Source of the DNA: Mobula hypostoma
Taxonomy: Eukaryota
Length of the DNA: 64,000 nt
Direction: 5' to 3'
Assembly (NCBI RefSeq): GCF_963921235.1
Contig: NC_086118.1
Span: 31,124,001 to 31,188,000, forward strand
The stretch's first letter is position 1. Every line of letters begins with the position of its first letter. Below, in pieces: positions 22,147 to 35,851 of this stretch. Below the pieces are notes generated by a model. It saw only the letters and a list, made by a program, of their open reading frames with translations, was not told where the DNA came from and did not search any database. Made by a program: the position numbers and the translations under genes.

Positions 22147-24500
22147 AAAGGCAAATGGTGGCATCCGTTAGTCTTGCGAGACCATGGATCTGTGCCTGGA
22201 AAGTCTTGCTTCGGTCTGTGTTGGTAGAGCAGCGTCTGTTGTGGCTGTAGAGGCCCACACCGGAGTGACAGTCTCGGCTGCAGTGACTGCACTTGAAGGC
22301 GCTGTCCTCCAGTGTTGTCTTGGTGCTGTTTTTCCGACGAGTGCGCTTTTCTTCAGCAGCAAGCTTCAGCTTCTCTTCTCCTCTTTTTAGACCTCTGCAT
22401 AGTTCCAGCCTCCAGTGAGAGCGATCGCTTGCGATGTCCTCCCACCTCTCGACGTTAATTTTCAGTGACCTCATGTCTCTCTTGCAAACGTCTTTGAAAC
22501 AAAGATGGGGCCACCCTTGTGCTCCCTTGCCAGAGGCCAGTTCCTCCTACAGCAGGTCTTATGAGATCCTCCTGTCTGACATGCGGTGTACGTGGCCCAG
22601 CCAGCGGAGAGGGCGTTGTTGGAGCAGGGTGAAGAGGCTCAGTATCTGGGTGCGGGCCAGGACCTCATTGTTGGTGACTCGGTCAGTCCACGTGATGTCC
22701 AGGATGTGTCTCAGGCTGCGAAGGTGGAAGGCGTTGAGACGCCACTCTTGTCTGTAGTAGAGGCTTCAGGTCTCGCTGCCGTAAAGCAGTGTGCTGAGGA
22801 CACAGGCCCTGTAGACTGCAACTTTGGTGTGCGTCGTCAGCTCTCTGTTCTCCCAGACTACTTTTGTCAGCCTGGCGAATGTTGAGGCTGCTCGTCCGAT
22901 CCATGTATTGATCTCAGGGTCTAGGGAGAGGCTGTCCGTGATGGTGGAGCCAAGGTATATAAACTCGTGAACTACCTCCAGCTCGTACTTGTTGATGGTA
23001 ATGGCAGGGAGGTGCTCAACGCCTTGGCCCAACACGTTGGTTTTCTTCAGGCTGATGGTCAAGCTGAAGTCCTGGCAGGCTCTTGAGAAGCTGTCCATGA
23101 GGTGTTGCAGTTGCTCTTCAGAGTGTGTTGCCAGTGCCGCATTGTCTGCAAACAACATGTCCCTGACGAGTACTTCACGAACCTTGGTTTTTGCCCTCAG
23201 CCAGGACAGACTGAACAGCCTCCCGTCCGATCTGGTGTGGAAGTAGACACCATCAGTTGATGTTCCAAAGGCGTGCTTCAGCATGACTGTGAAGAAGATG
23301 GCAAACAGGGTGGGGGCAAGCACACAGCCCCACTTCACACCATTGCGGATGTTGAAGGCCTCTGAAGAAGAGCCGTCAAACTGAACAACGCCCTTCATGT
23401 CTGTGTGGAATGACTGAACTATCCTGAGGAGCCTCGGGGGACAACCAATCCTGGCGAGGATTTTGAACAGGCCATCTCTCCTCACAAGGTCGAATGCCTT
23501 CATGAGGTCAATGAAAGCGACGTTTGCTCTCTGCATTTCTCTTGTAGCTGTCGAAGGGAGAAGATCATGTGGATTGTGGAGCGTTCCGACCTGAAATTGC
23601 ACTGAGACTCGGGATATACCCTTTCGGCTATTTTCTGCAGTCTGTTCAGGACCTCACAGGCAAAGACCTTCCCAACGATGCTCAGCAAGGAGATTCCCCT
23701 GTAGCTGTTACAGTCGCTTCTGTCCCCTTTGTTCTTATATATGGTGACAATGTTGCAGTCTCTCTTGTCTTGTGGCACTGCTTCCTCTGTCCAGCACTGG
23801 CACAGTAGTTCGTGCAGGTGGTTTAGCAGGATGTCCTTTGCACATTTGATGGCCTCTGGTGGAATGCCATCCAATCCTGGTGCCTTCCCAGTGGGCAGGC
23901 TGTCGATGGCTTTACTCAGCTCTTCGGCAGTTGGCAATGCACCCAGTTCCTCCATGACAGGCAGGTATTCCACGGCGTCTAGCGCACCGTCCAAGATGCT
24001 GATTTCTCTGGAGAAGAGTTCAGAGTAATGCTCCACCCATCTCTCCACCTGCTTGCCTTTGTCATTGATGGTCTCGCCTGTTATGGTTTTCAATGGTGCT
24101 GTCTTGCTCTGGGTTGGCCCGATGGCTTTCTTGATCCCCTCGTACACTCCACGGATGTTGCCTGTGTCAAATGATGACTGAATGCTTTCGCATAGTTGTA
24201 GCCAGTAGACATTTGCACAGCATCTAGCTGTTTCCAGGGCCTTGCTTCTTGCTGTCCTTTGCACTTGCAGTTTTGCCTGGGTGGGGTGGTGTTTGTGCTC
24301 TAGTAGTGCAACACACTTCACCTCGATGACAGCGGTGAGCTTACTTCAAACCAGTCCTGTGTCTTGCCCCGTTTCTTCCCAAAGGCCTTGAGTGCAGTGC
24401 TGTGGATAGTGTCCCTGAGAGAATCCCATCTCTGCTGAGCATCTCCTTCTGCAAGGAGAGCATCCTCCAGTGACTTGATGAACTCTGCAGCTTTGTCTTT
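22147..24500 (-). mobile_element. RTE-clade LINE, 5'-truncated
   Basis: KAPGLDGIPPE, GDRSDCNSYRGISLLS, FIDLMKAFD, GVKWGCVLAPTLF, LFADN, and a C-terminal CxxC...H...C (CSHCSRDCHSGVGLYSHNRRC). Several frameshifts. Confidence 0.9.
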
Positions 24501-24665
24501 GACTACAATAATAGTGGGAAATGCAAAGGTAAAGCACATTTCATAATTCTAAGTATTGTATAAAATCCTGAATTTACCTTTATAGGGAAAAATGGAGTTG
24601 ATGTGCTAATATTGCACTGAAAGCTTTCTATGATTTTTAATATTCTCAGTGGTTGGCTAAAAACT

Positions 24666-25128
24666 TGTGTTGTGACTGAACAAAGTCGCCAGAGAGACAC
24701 TGAAGCTGGTGGATATAGAAGTCTTTATTCAGCAAAGTCAGCTCTTGGAAGAGGCTTGCCTGACCCAATATTACATGACATTTTTACATGCTAAAGATAA
24801 AAGCTAACAGGAGGACAATTGTAAAGTTAAAATTTATCTACAATGCTTCAGTTGAATTGCATATAATTTTCAAACACCTCCATTTTCACAGCCACTCTCC
24901 AGCTAATGTTAATTCCCACTGACTCTGGGCCACATTCATACATATGCAGGCTTCTGAGGTCAAATGTAGTGCTTCTTTGTTTACAATCAACCCCAAAATG
25001 CAGTTCCAAGAACACCATTGCTCAGGACTGTATTTGAAATTCAATCTACAATCCATGTTCAGGTCTGAAGAGTGGCTACTGTTGAAATTAATATTTGCTA
25101 TATACCATAACTCCAGAAACCCCTAACA
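24666..25128. mobile_element. Possible solo LTR
   Basis: TG...CA bounded, with AATAAA on the - strand (~24724) and an imperfect 4-bp flank match (AACT/AATT). Weak support. Confidence 0.3.
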
Positions 25129-25419
25129 AATTAAACCAGTTCTATTGACTGGATTTTTTTTTGGGACAAGATACTTTATTTTCACTTAAATAGGTTTAGC
25201 CTTAAGAATGCAGTTGTGCAGTCAAATTATTGGAGCATTCATCATTGTTTCTGTGGGGCAAGGATGGGGGAGGAGATGACTGCAATAAGATGTCCATGAT
25301 ACACAGCACAGCCACACCATAGACTTCCAAATATATGTAAGGCATAGGATTGTGAATCACTGCAATTCGTTACCTCCGAGGATGTAGGGTGGATAATGAC
25401 ACAAACTATTCAACCTGCT

Positions 25420-25730
25420 ATCTTCCACTGCCAGAGACCCAGCTTCAATCCTGACCTTGGGCATTTTCTGTGTGGAATTTTCATACTCTCAGTGACTGCA
25501 TGGCTTTCAAATTCCCCCCCACATCCCAAAGACATGTGGGTTGGTAGATTACTTGGCCACTGTAAATTGTGTTAGTGGGCAGATGAATGGGAGAATCGAG
25601 AGAATTCTACCATGTCCCCATTATTAATGGGAACAATAAAGGATGTGATTAATGTAAGAATAATTTTAGTTGTTGGATGGTCAGTGTGAACGCGATAAAC
25701 CCAAAAAAACCTGTGTCCATGTAGTATCTA
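25420..25730 (+). mobile_element. Decayed V-SINE (HE1-like)
   Basis: GACCCAGCTTCAATCCTGACC B-box region and CCCACATCCCAAAGACATG...GGCCACTGTAAATTG V-domain. Confidence 0.65.
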
Positions 25731-28613
25731 TTGATGAGAAAGCAAAAAAATTTTTGAAAGAGCATGGAATTGAGGTTATGCAGAACTGGCGCAAAACTAC
25801 TGAGGCTGGGGCCATTCTACCATGATCATTTTGAATGGCAGGGCAGGACAGAGGGCAAAGATAGCCTATTCTGGTTCCCATTTTCTTACACTTATTCCAA
25901 TACCTGCTGGGGCAAAAATCAGATCAACTCCAAGAATATATGTACCACTTTAATTCTTCACTAAAAAGGAAATGCTTGATTGATAGTCTAACAATGTTTT
26001 AACTCTCACCTTTAAACTGTCTGGAAGGGCAACTCAGACTTAACCCTGCCCTGCCTCATATTTATTTGGGATGTTACAATCAATATCTGCAATATTTGCA
26101 TGGCATCCATTTCATGTCCTTCCTAAAATGCAATTTTCTCTGAATAATTAATGCAACATTACTTCTGTGCCAACAGTGTTTTGAGATTCAAAGAATTTTC
26201 ATTAATATTTGACTTTTACTAGTGACGAAGTCTCATACGTTCCATGACATAATTTGTGCAAATAATGAAGGAGCCAGCCAATTGCTGCAAGTTTTAATTA
26301 TATTGCCCTGTTGACAAGAATTTGGTTAATTGATAAAATGCATTATTCATTTCTTAGTGGTTTACAGATAATTACAGTCAAATTAATATATATTAAACAT
26401 TAATACAGAACAATTCATGAAGTTCAATTGCTTTATTATATAAAATTACTGTAAATATTGCACACTTTGATACAAAAGTCACAATGGACCACAATAACCT
26501 GCAGTTTGGTGTGGAATGGTTATAGATACATTTTACTTGAAAATGTAGACTGTATGTCCTATTACTCAATTTATCTCAAATGCTTAGTACATTTCTGACA
26601 AAGGTATAATAACCAATTCAAAAATGTTCTACTCACACAGGCAAAAGAAATAAATTAATTATTCTTTTTAAACCATGTCATATGTTGTAATGCAAAAGAT
26701 CAAATATATAGCACAATATTTACATATTTTTTCCTGCATGACATCTGGATAAATTAGTGACTTACAGATAGAAGATTCTTAAACTAGCAGCATAATTTTA
26801 AATAGCAAGCACTTTGCCCAAATTATGCTAAAAATGTGCTTGGTCCAATAGCAGAAGATCCCTTTTGTTCCCAAATTAGCACTTTGAAGCACAGTTTGAG
26901 CCAATTTCCCCATTAAAATGCATTCAGCAGGAGTCCTTTGATTAAAAGGATTAGGCAACATAGTTCCTTATCAAAACCACCACCCTCCCCACAACTCCAA
27001 AGAATCTCTGTGACTTTAACCACGCCTGATGTCATTGGACAAGATATGCAGAACAAAGCTAATTCAAAGCCAATAAAAGTTGGATATTTTAATTTAATAC
27101 AACTAAATGAGAGAAACCAAAGCATCAGAAAGCAATTCCAATGATGCATTAGTTCTGACATTTCAATAATCGAATTGGAAGAGAGTTGATGCAATCATGT
27201 TGAATGATAAGGTTGTTAAATGTACAACAGCCTTTACTGGGCAATATTCTGGGATTAATGGAAACTCAAATATAGAAATTCTAATTTAGTCCAAGAACCA
27301 TTTTGTACAGTGCAATTGAAATAGCACTAAATACAAAAAAATCATAGTAAACTTTGTTCGCAGTTGAACAATGTTTCCAGAGCTAATTATACTAGATTTT
27401 ATCATATTCGATCTATTAATTCTCCACAGATCTTTGTTTAGTCACATTTTCAACTTCTGTATCTCAACACAAACTGATCTTGGTAGAATTGATGCAGGTT
27501 ATGCTCAACTTTCTTGCCAATCACACAAAAATCATCCCTTGCAAATCTTGCCATAAATCAGCAGGAACAATCAGCATTTTGGAATAGCACCAAATTCACT
27601 TTTCATATTCCTTCTTCGAGTATTAAAATTAGAGTTTCAGCCTATTAATCTCCACGAGGTTCACTTTCACTTCTGTTTTTGTTTGTAGTCTTAATAATTT
27701 AATCAATAAACAATGCATTAAAAGAAATGTACTATAATACAGATCTTCAATAAGAAAAAATAAAGTTACTTAATTTATTCAATGAAACACCAGCTGCAAC
27801 AAGGGATGTGAATCACAATCCAAACAACTTAGTACACAAGACTCTATAAATTGAAGACAATGTCCAGTGTGCGCAGATAGACTGATGTACAGACATAAAA
27901 GACAATGAGGCCAAATCTCAACATGTACATGATATTCACAAATAATTTCAGGTCATTCAATTGATACATACCAAAATTGCATAGTTGAAAATATGAAGGA
28001 ATTAACCTTTCAGTTAGACCAAACTGTACCCAATATTGAAGGTGTGGTATTACCAGGGTGCAATATAATTATATTGTATTCAAATTCTTTGGCAATAAAA
28101 CCCAATATATCATTTGCATTCAGAACTACTCAAGGACACCCAAATCCCTCTGCACACCAACAGTGTTTAACCTGTAAAAGTGGCTGATGTCAGATTTCAT
28201 TATATAATCCATCTGCGACATCCTTATAGAGCTCATCGACATCTCTCTCATGTTTCTCCATATCTTCGTCATACTTCCTTTCAGATTTATATCAGCAAAA
28301 CTAGACATGTTACACTTGGACCAAACATCCAAATCAATGAATTATATGGCAACAGCTGGGACCGCAGCACCCACTACTCACAGCCTCCCAAAAATGACTC
28401 CGGTGTTCCAATGGTTTTTTTTCTTTTGATGAATCTACTGTCAACCCCCTCCAGCATTCTTCCCCAATCTTAAATACTCCAACTTTGTTTACTAACCTTT
28501 TGAAAGGCTGGTTGGAAATCTAGATACACTAGTTAGGCAGTTATCCTTTCAGCTACAATGTGTTTTTCACAATGCCTGGTGACTCTGCTCAATGCTATAA
28601 ATTTAACTCCCCC

Positions 28614-28744
28614 TCAAACATGAGAAAATCTGCAGATGCTGGAAATCCAAAGTAACACACACAAAATGCTGGAGGAACTCAGCACGTCAGGCAGCATCTT
28701 TGGAAAAGAGTAAACAGTCGATATTTCGGGCCGAGACCCTTCAT
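28614..28744 (-). mobile_element. Short Penelope-like terminal derivative
   Basis: Reverse complement reads ATGAAGGGTCTCGGCCCGAAA...GATGCTGCCTGACGTGCTGAGTTCCTCCAGCATTTTGTGTG, homologous to 6390-6483. Confidence 0.8.
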
Positions 28745-30157
28745 AATTTAAATACCTTGTTAGCTCTTCCATAATAATGGATTCCAGCATTTCCCCCAAA
28801 ATGACTACATGATCTGTTATTAGATATGGTTTTAGTCAAAAGATTAATGATGACCAAAGCACCAGAAGACTGTCCCACCTTTCTTTGACGTAGTACATGG
28901 ATTCTATTACACCCACCCTGAGGAACAAGTAAAGCTGACTACCATTGGAGCTTCGTCTCATTCTGGAATGGAACTTGAACCCACCACGTGTTTCAATATT
29001 AAGGGTGCTATCACTGAGTTACAACATATTGCTATCATCTAAATCATTGCAGAAGACTTTAAGAAAAAACTTGACGTTCGTTAAGTAGGGAAGAATGCTT
29101 CCCCTTTTATAGAGATCAAAATACTTCTGCATTTTGCTTTGGTGTCCACAGTGACTATAGCTATAAAAACAAATTGTTAAAAATGGGATCAAAAATATAC
29201 TCAATAATACAATTGCCAAATAATTCTAAAAGTGTGAGACTGTTAAGTAAAAACATGTAATACAGTCCCTTCTCGCTTGAAACATTTCCTTTTAAAATTC
29301 TACATTACAGTCATTACTGATAAACCTGTAGCCTTTCAAATGCTCAATTTTTGAAGAAATCGACAAATATACAACAAAAAGCATAAATTCTGTGGCTAAA
29401 TTATTAGTAATTAAAAGCTGACTATAAGTAAAAAATAACAGCCATTTAAATAGTGTTTTCAATATATAAATCACCAACACTAATGAAAATTAGTAAAATA
29501 GTCAGATTAGTCATAATCAGTTACGAATGATATCATTGAAATACACCTTCCCAAAATAAATTCTGAACAGCTAACAATACCAATTAAAGTATCATTTGGT
29601 GAAATAGCAACTTTCTAACCTTTAGTTTCTAAACAAGTGACTCAAGTCTGAGAACAGGAACAGGCCCTTTTACCCTTATTCAAAAATACTGGAAATGTCT
29701 CAAATATCTGAGTCATAAACAAAAGTATGCCTATTTTAATGAAATCTGATTGTTGCCTATTAAGTAACAAGTCGACTTTGCAAGAAATCTTGGTTCTGAA
29801 TAATGCTCATGGATACTACCAGGGAAATGCTTAAAACAGCATTCCCTGGAGAGCAGCTAAATATTTTTTAGAATATTCAGATTTGTTTCAATCAGAATAT
29901 TTCTTGAGTGCATGGTTTTAAGTTGAGCAAAATTGTTTTCCCAACATAGTATACAAGTGTAAAGCCTTAAGTTAAAGCCAATAGAAATTATTAGGTTCTC
30001 CAGTTAGATCCTTAAATTACACTAATATTTGAAAAAGTTTTGAAAAAGTTTGCACAGGAAAACTAAAATGCTCAAGTTACATTAACAGATGAGTTCAAGA
30101 ATCAAAATAGAACTTAAAAATTTAGACTACTTTTATTTCAAAAAGATGGCTTCTTCA

Positions 30158-30319
30158 TTAAATGCGCTCATAACTGTGACCTTGGAAATTTGCTTTTGCC
30201 TTCCACTCCACAAGGATGAAGGAGACAGTACCGAAGAATGCAGTCAGGCAAAGGATAAGTAGCTGCCACTGGAGCATTAGATAATTGCTGTAGCCAAATG
30301 CAATTGCTGCACTGATGGA
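30158..30319 (-). CDS. MFSD11: MFSD11 coding exon 13 (last, with stop)
   Basis: SISAAIAFGYSNYLMLQWQLLILCLTAFFGTVSFILVEWKAKANFQGHSYERI*. cccAG acceptor. Summed CDS is 1356 nt = 451 aa. Confidence 0.95.
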   Translation of the reverse strand, partial: SISAAIAFGYSNYLMLQWQLLILCLTAFFGTVSFILVEWKAKANFQGHSYERI

Positions 30320-30499
30320 CTGGGGAAAAAGAAAAGAATTCAATGGAATTGTTAACAATAACGAAGTGCAGCATAAAGTAATTAGTTAATACCAGTTAGT
30401 TTATTAAATTATTCCTTTTCTGTTTAACATTAGAAGTTATGATTGTTTTTGAATCAGCTTTGGACGATATGCATCAAGAGAAAGTTTTTTTATTCTTAC

Positions 30500-30635
30500 T
30501 TGCACAAATTTGAAGATAGCAAATGCAGGAGCACTTTCTTGGGCGTACATAAATCCCAGAATACTGAGGAGTTGTGTGTTGAAGCAGCTGTCTCCTAGTC
30601 CCAGAAGAAAACTGCACGCTATCGCAATAACTTTG
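30500..30635 (-). CDS. MFSD11: MFSD11 coding exon 12
   Basis: KVIAIACSFLLGLGDSCFNTQLLSILGFMYAQESAPAFAIFKFVQ. cccAG / GTAAGA. 136 nt. Confidence 0.96.
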
Positions 30636-31213
30636 CTGGGGATCAAAAGGCATATCATGAGCTGGAAATTCATCAGTGCAAATATGGTAATGTCTCATCC
30701 ATAAATGCTGACTTCTAGTTGCAAAAATAACCCTAGTATTTCAACAATTTAGTCACTTTCATAGAATCAAACAATAAAAAAAGTAAACCCAGTTTTGAAC
30801 TTAAACTACATGGGAATGGAATCTAAAAAAAACACAGGAACTTCACCCCATTCTTGCCACGTGCTTTATAATGGACTGATAATTGGAAAAGACCCTCAGG
30901 TACAGTTCTCTTAGCATCTCAGAATATTCCTAACTTCTGCATCTGTATGCTTGTGTGCAGAAATCAGGAACACACTGGAGAACGGATATCTTTGCAAAAG
31001 GTGATGATAAAAAGATTCCATTAACTAAAATAACATATCTGGGGGCAGAGCCTGGCCTTGCCAAAATGAGGGGGCAAATACAATTCAAGATTGCTTAATG
31101 CCAGTTCCTGTACACAAGTGTGAAGGAGAACAAAATAATTGTTAATTGAATCTGATGCAGCACCAAAAATCCCACAAAAGCTAAAGAACAAATAATAATA
31201 AAATATAGATATA

Positions 31214-31706
31214 CAAGGAGTGATTGATAAGATTGTGGCCTAAGGTAAAAGGAGCCAATTTTAGAAAGCCTAGCACATTTATTTTTCAATATAGTCCCCT
31301 CCTACATGTACACACTTAGCCCAGCAGTGGTGGAGCATATGGATCCCTTCTTTGTAGAAGTGGTCCACAGCTGGGGTGATTGATAAGTTCATGGCCAAAG
31401 GTAGGAGATGAGTTATTAACTTCAAACTTTCTGCATAATCAAAGAGTTGAACTGCACGTGCATGTAACGAAAGCTGTATAACTCACCACCTCCTACCTTA
31501 GGCCACGAACTTATCAATCACCCTGCTGTGAACCACTTTCTGGAGGTCCAAGACGCCGACTTCTACAAAGAAGGGATCCGTATACTCCACGACCGCTGCA
31601 CTAAGTGTGCAAATTTAGGAGGGGACTATGTTGAAAAATAAATGTGCTAGGTTTTCCAAAATTGACTCCGTCTACCTTAGGCCATGAACTTATCAATCAC
31701 CCCTCA
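31214..31706. mobile_element. Mariner-derived palindromic MITE with nested inverted ends
   Basis: About 150 bp outer inverted arms, with a second inner pair of the same terminal motif (GTGATTGATAAG...GGCC.AAGGTAG). The arm encodes the mariner C-terminus FYKEGIRILHDRCTKCANLGGDYVEK*. TA on the left flank. Confidence 0.82.
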
Positions 31707-31726
31707 CAGATATACAGTATACACAC

Positions 31727-31772
31727 TGTGTGTGTGTGTATATATAAATATATATACACACACACACACACA
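31727..31772. repeat. Palindromic microsatellite (TG)n(TA)n(CA)n
   Basis: TGTGTGTGTGTGTATATATAAATATATATACACACACACACACACA. Confidence 0.85.
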
Positions 31773-31799
31773 TATATAAATAAAAAGACACACACAAAA

Positions 31800-34700
31800 A
31801 CATAAAATAGGTCACATACATTGATTGTATGTTCATAAAGTGATGCTAGACCATATATAAAGTGATAGATGGGAAATAATAAAGTAGTGGTGGAGTTTGT
31901 GGGTGGAAGTGTTGATCAGTCTTACCACTTGGGGAAAGTAACTGTTTTTATGTCTGGTAGTCCTGGCATGGATGCTATGTAGCCTCCTCCCTGATGGGAG
32001 TGGAACAAACAGTCCATGAGTGGGTTGGTGGGATCCTTCATGAAGTTACTGGCTTTTTCTGGCACCTTTCTGTACACGTCCCTGATGGCAGGTAGGCTGG
32101 TGCCAGTGATGCGATGGGTAGTATTGACTACCAACTGTAGTCTCCCTGCCTGCCGTAGTGTGGTTTCCATACCAAGCAGTGGATGCACTTGTTCAGTAGA
32201 GAATCCTGGCATCTGTGAAATGACACGAGTACAGATGTGCAAAGTCCAGCTCTCTTCAGCTCCTCAGAAAGTAGAGGTGTTGATGAGCTTTCTTGGCTGT
32301 GTAGGATGAGTTCTGGGACCATGAGAGGTTGTGTGTAATGTGCACTCCCAGGAGTTTGAAACAGCTTGCAGTTTCCACTGCTGTGTTGCCGATTTAAAGA
32401 AGGGTATGAGTGGTGTGAGCTCTCTTGAAATTGATAACCATGTCCTTTGTCTTGTTGACAAAGGGAAAGACGTTATTTGGCAGGCAGCAAGCCTCAAGCT
32501 CTTCCACCTCATTGTTGTTGGTGATGAGTCCCACCGCTGTTGTGCAATTGGCAAACTTGAGAATGTGGTTGCTCTGGTTTTTGGCTGTGTAGTTATTTGT
32601 GAGCGGAGTGAGCACTGGGATCATCACACAACCTCGGGGGTCACCCATGTTGAGGATGATGGGGAAGGAGGAACAACTGTGCATCTCTGAGGTCTCTTCT
32701 TTAGGAAGTCTAAGACCCAGGTGCACAGTGGTGGTATTCAGACCGAGGCTTAGGAGTTTGTTCACCAAGGTCTGGGCGACAATAGTGTTGAATGCTGAAC
32801 AGAAATCCAGAAACAGCATTCTGACATTAATGTCCAGGTGTGCCCGGTCCAGGGCTATAACACATGCTATGGCATCTGTCGTAGAGTGGTTCTGTCAGTA
32901 AGAATACTGATGAGTGTCCAATGTGGCAGGAATGGGGTTTATGATATGCGCCATTATCAGCCATTCAAAGTACTTCATGATGATTGGTGTCAGTGCCACT
33001 AGGTGGTAGTCATTTATTTCTGGAGGTATAAAGTTCTTTGGCAACAGGATGATAGTGGCTGATTTGAAGCATGTAGAGACAGCAGTCTGGATGAGTGAAG
33101 TGTTGAAGATGTCTGTGAAGATGTCAGTGAGCACACTCCCTGAGTTCTCGGCCTGGGATGTTGTCTGGCTTTCAGCCGCCTTTCAGGGCTTGACTCTCTG
33201 CCGAATCCTTCTCACGTCTGCTGCTGTTACAGACAGTGACTGCTCAGCTGGGAGGGGGTAGATTCTGTGACTGGGGTTGTATTGCATGCCTGGAAGCATG
33301 TATACAAGTTGTTCAAAGCAGCAGGGAGGAAGGCGTCACTGGTACAGACTACAATTTTTTCTCTTTCTTAGTCAGTAATGTCTTTGATGCCCAGCTACAT
33401 ACACCAGGTATTGTTATCAGACAGGTGTTTTCAATTTTTTGTGCGTTGACAGCCATTGTCCTCTTGATGCCCAAGATGAGGTTCCTTCTGGCGGCTCTGA
33501 GAGCTGTCTGTCGCTCGACTTAAAGGCAGCATCCTGGACTTTCAGTGGTGTCCTCTGCATTCAGCCAGGGCTTCTGGTTGTGCCATGAGAAGACCAGCCT
33601 TGAGGTACCAATGTTGTCAACACACTTAATGATGACAGATGAGGCATATTCCTCGAGGTCTGTGTCTATGCTGTTTGTGGTGGCCTCCTTGTACATCTGT
33701 CAGTTAGTCTGTTTAAACAGTTCTGAAGCATAGAGGTTGCCTCATTAGGTCATACAGTGATGGTCCTCTTGACTGCTTTCTCCATCTTCAGCAGCAGTTG
33801 GTATGCTGGGATTAATATTGTGGGGATGTAGTTAGAGAGGCCAAGATGAGGGCATGGGATGGCTTTGTATGTACCATGTCTGTTTTTAATAAACATGGTC
33901 CAGTCTGTTTGTTCCCCTAGTGGTCATGGTGATGTGTTGGTGGAATTTTGGTAAAATGTCCTGCAGGTTAACATGATTGAAGTCACTTGTAATTATGAAG
34001 AGACCATCCGAATGCTAGTATTGTAGAAAGCTGATGTATCTGTAAAGCCCTCCCAGTGTGTCCTTGGTGGTCGCGCTCGGGGGATGTTGACAGTGGTGAA
34101 GAACACAACAGTAAAATCCCAGAGCAGGTAATGTGGCTGCCATTTCATTGTAAGATGCTCAATTTCCCCATAAAAGTGACTGCTAATTACAGGTGAGTTT
34201 ATGCACCAACCTTTGTTAATGTACATACAGATTCCACCTCCTTTGGATTTCCCTGACAGGGGGTTCCTGTCTGCATGGAACAGTCATCACATTGCGTTGA
34301 AATGCTGAGTCAGGCATGTTGTTGTTTAACCATGTTTCAGTGAAAACCAGAATGTAGCAGTTTTGGATCTCTTGCAGTGCGTTCATTTTCAGTCTCAGAG
34401 AGTCCATTTTATTATCTAGTAAATGGACTTTGGACACGAAAAGCGATGGCACTGCTGGTCTGGTCAGGTTGGCGCTCAGCCTAGCTACTGCCCCAGCTCT
34501 CTTGCCACGCTTCTGCCTCCTCTCATACTACCTGTGTCTGACACTTTCTTGGCTGAACCACTTAGTCCAGGTTGCTGTCATCGGCTCTGGTGTCCGCAGA
34601 ATCCCAAGTCGGTTGGGCACTGCTATTAACTCTGCTGCCCGTGGATTAAATGTTATTTTGTCTAAATGTTCAGTGATGCTGTATTCGTGGCGTTTTGGAT
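31800..34700 (-). mobile_element. Near full-length degenerate Rex1/Babar LINE
   Basis: LVFTETWL (EN), NDYHLVALTPIIMKYFE, MLFLDFCSAFNTI, GDPRGCV. Many disruptions. Confidence 0.83.
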
Positions 34701-34726
34701 GACTGAAATGACTGAAAACTTTAAGA

Positions 34727-35851
34727 CACTACTTTACTTTACCTTACACTTCATTGTCACTAAACAATTGGTACTAGAACATACAATCATCACAGCGATA
34801 TTTGATTCTGCGCTTCCCACTCCCTGGATTACAAATATTAAAATATTAAAAGCAGTTAAAATTAGTAGATATTAAAAATTTAAATTATAAATCATAAATA
34901 GAAAATAGAAAAATGGGAAGTAAGGTAGTGCAAAAAAACCGAGAAGCAGGTCTGGATATTTGGAGGGTACAGCCCAGATCCGGGTCAGGATCTGTTCAGC
35001 AGTTGGAAAGGAGCTGTTCCCAAATCTGGCTATATGAGTCTTCAAGCTCCTGAGCCTTCTCCCAGAGGGAAGAGGGATGGAAAGTGTGTTGGCTGGGTGG
35101 GTTGTGTCCTTGATTATCCTGGCAGCACTGCTCCGACAGCGTGCGATGTAAAGTGAATCCACGGACCGAAGATTGGTTTGTGTGATGTGCTGCGCCGTGT
35201 TCACGATCTTCTGCAGCTTCTTCTGGTCTTGGACAGGACAACTTCCATACCAGGTTGTGATGCACCCTAGAAGAATGCTTTCTACGGTGCATCTATAAAA
35301 ATTAGTGAGGATTTTAGGGGACAGGCCAAATTTCTTTAGTTTTCTCAGGAAGTAAAGGCGTTGGTGGGCCTTCTTGGCAGTGAACTCTGCGTGGATGGAC
35401 CAAGTTAGGTCATTTGTGATATTGACCCCGAGGAACTTAAAGCTTTTGGCCTGTTCCATTTGTGGACCACTGATGTAAATTGGGTCGTGCGGTCCGCTAC
35501 TCCTTCTGAAGTCAACAACCAATTCCTTCATCTTGCTGATGTTGAGGGATAGGTTATCGTCTTCGCACCATGTCACCAGGTTCTTAATTTCCTCTCTGTA
35601 CTCAAACTCATCATTACCCGAGATACGGCCTACAATTGTTGTGTCATCAGCAAACCTATATATTGAGTTTGACGGAAACTTGGCTACACAATCATGGGTG
35701 TACAGTGAGTACAGCAGGGGGCTGAGTACACAGCCTTGTGGGGCACTGGTGCTCAGAGTGATTGCAGAGGAGAGCTTTTCCCCTATTTTTACAGCCTGAG
35801 TCCTGTCTGTGAGGAAGTTGAAGATCCAGCTGCAGATCTGAGTGCTAAGGC
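34727..35851 (-). mobile_element. Rex1/Babar LINE 3' portion
   Basis: LSLNISKMKELVVDFRR, FKFLGVNITNDLTWS, KKAHQRLYFLRKL, ESIL.GCITTWYG. Confidence 0.88.
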
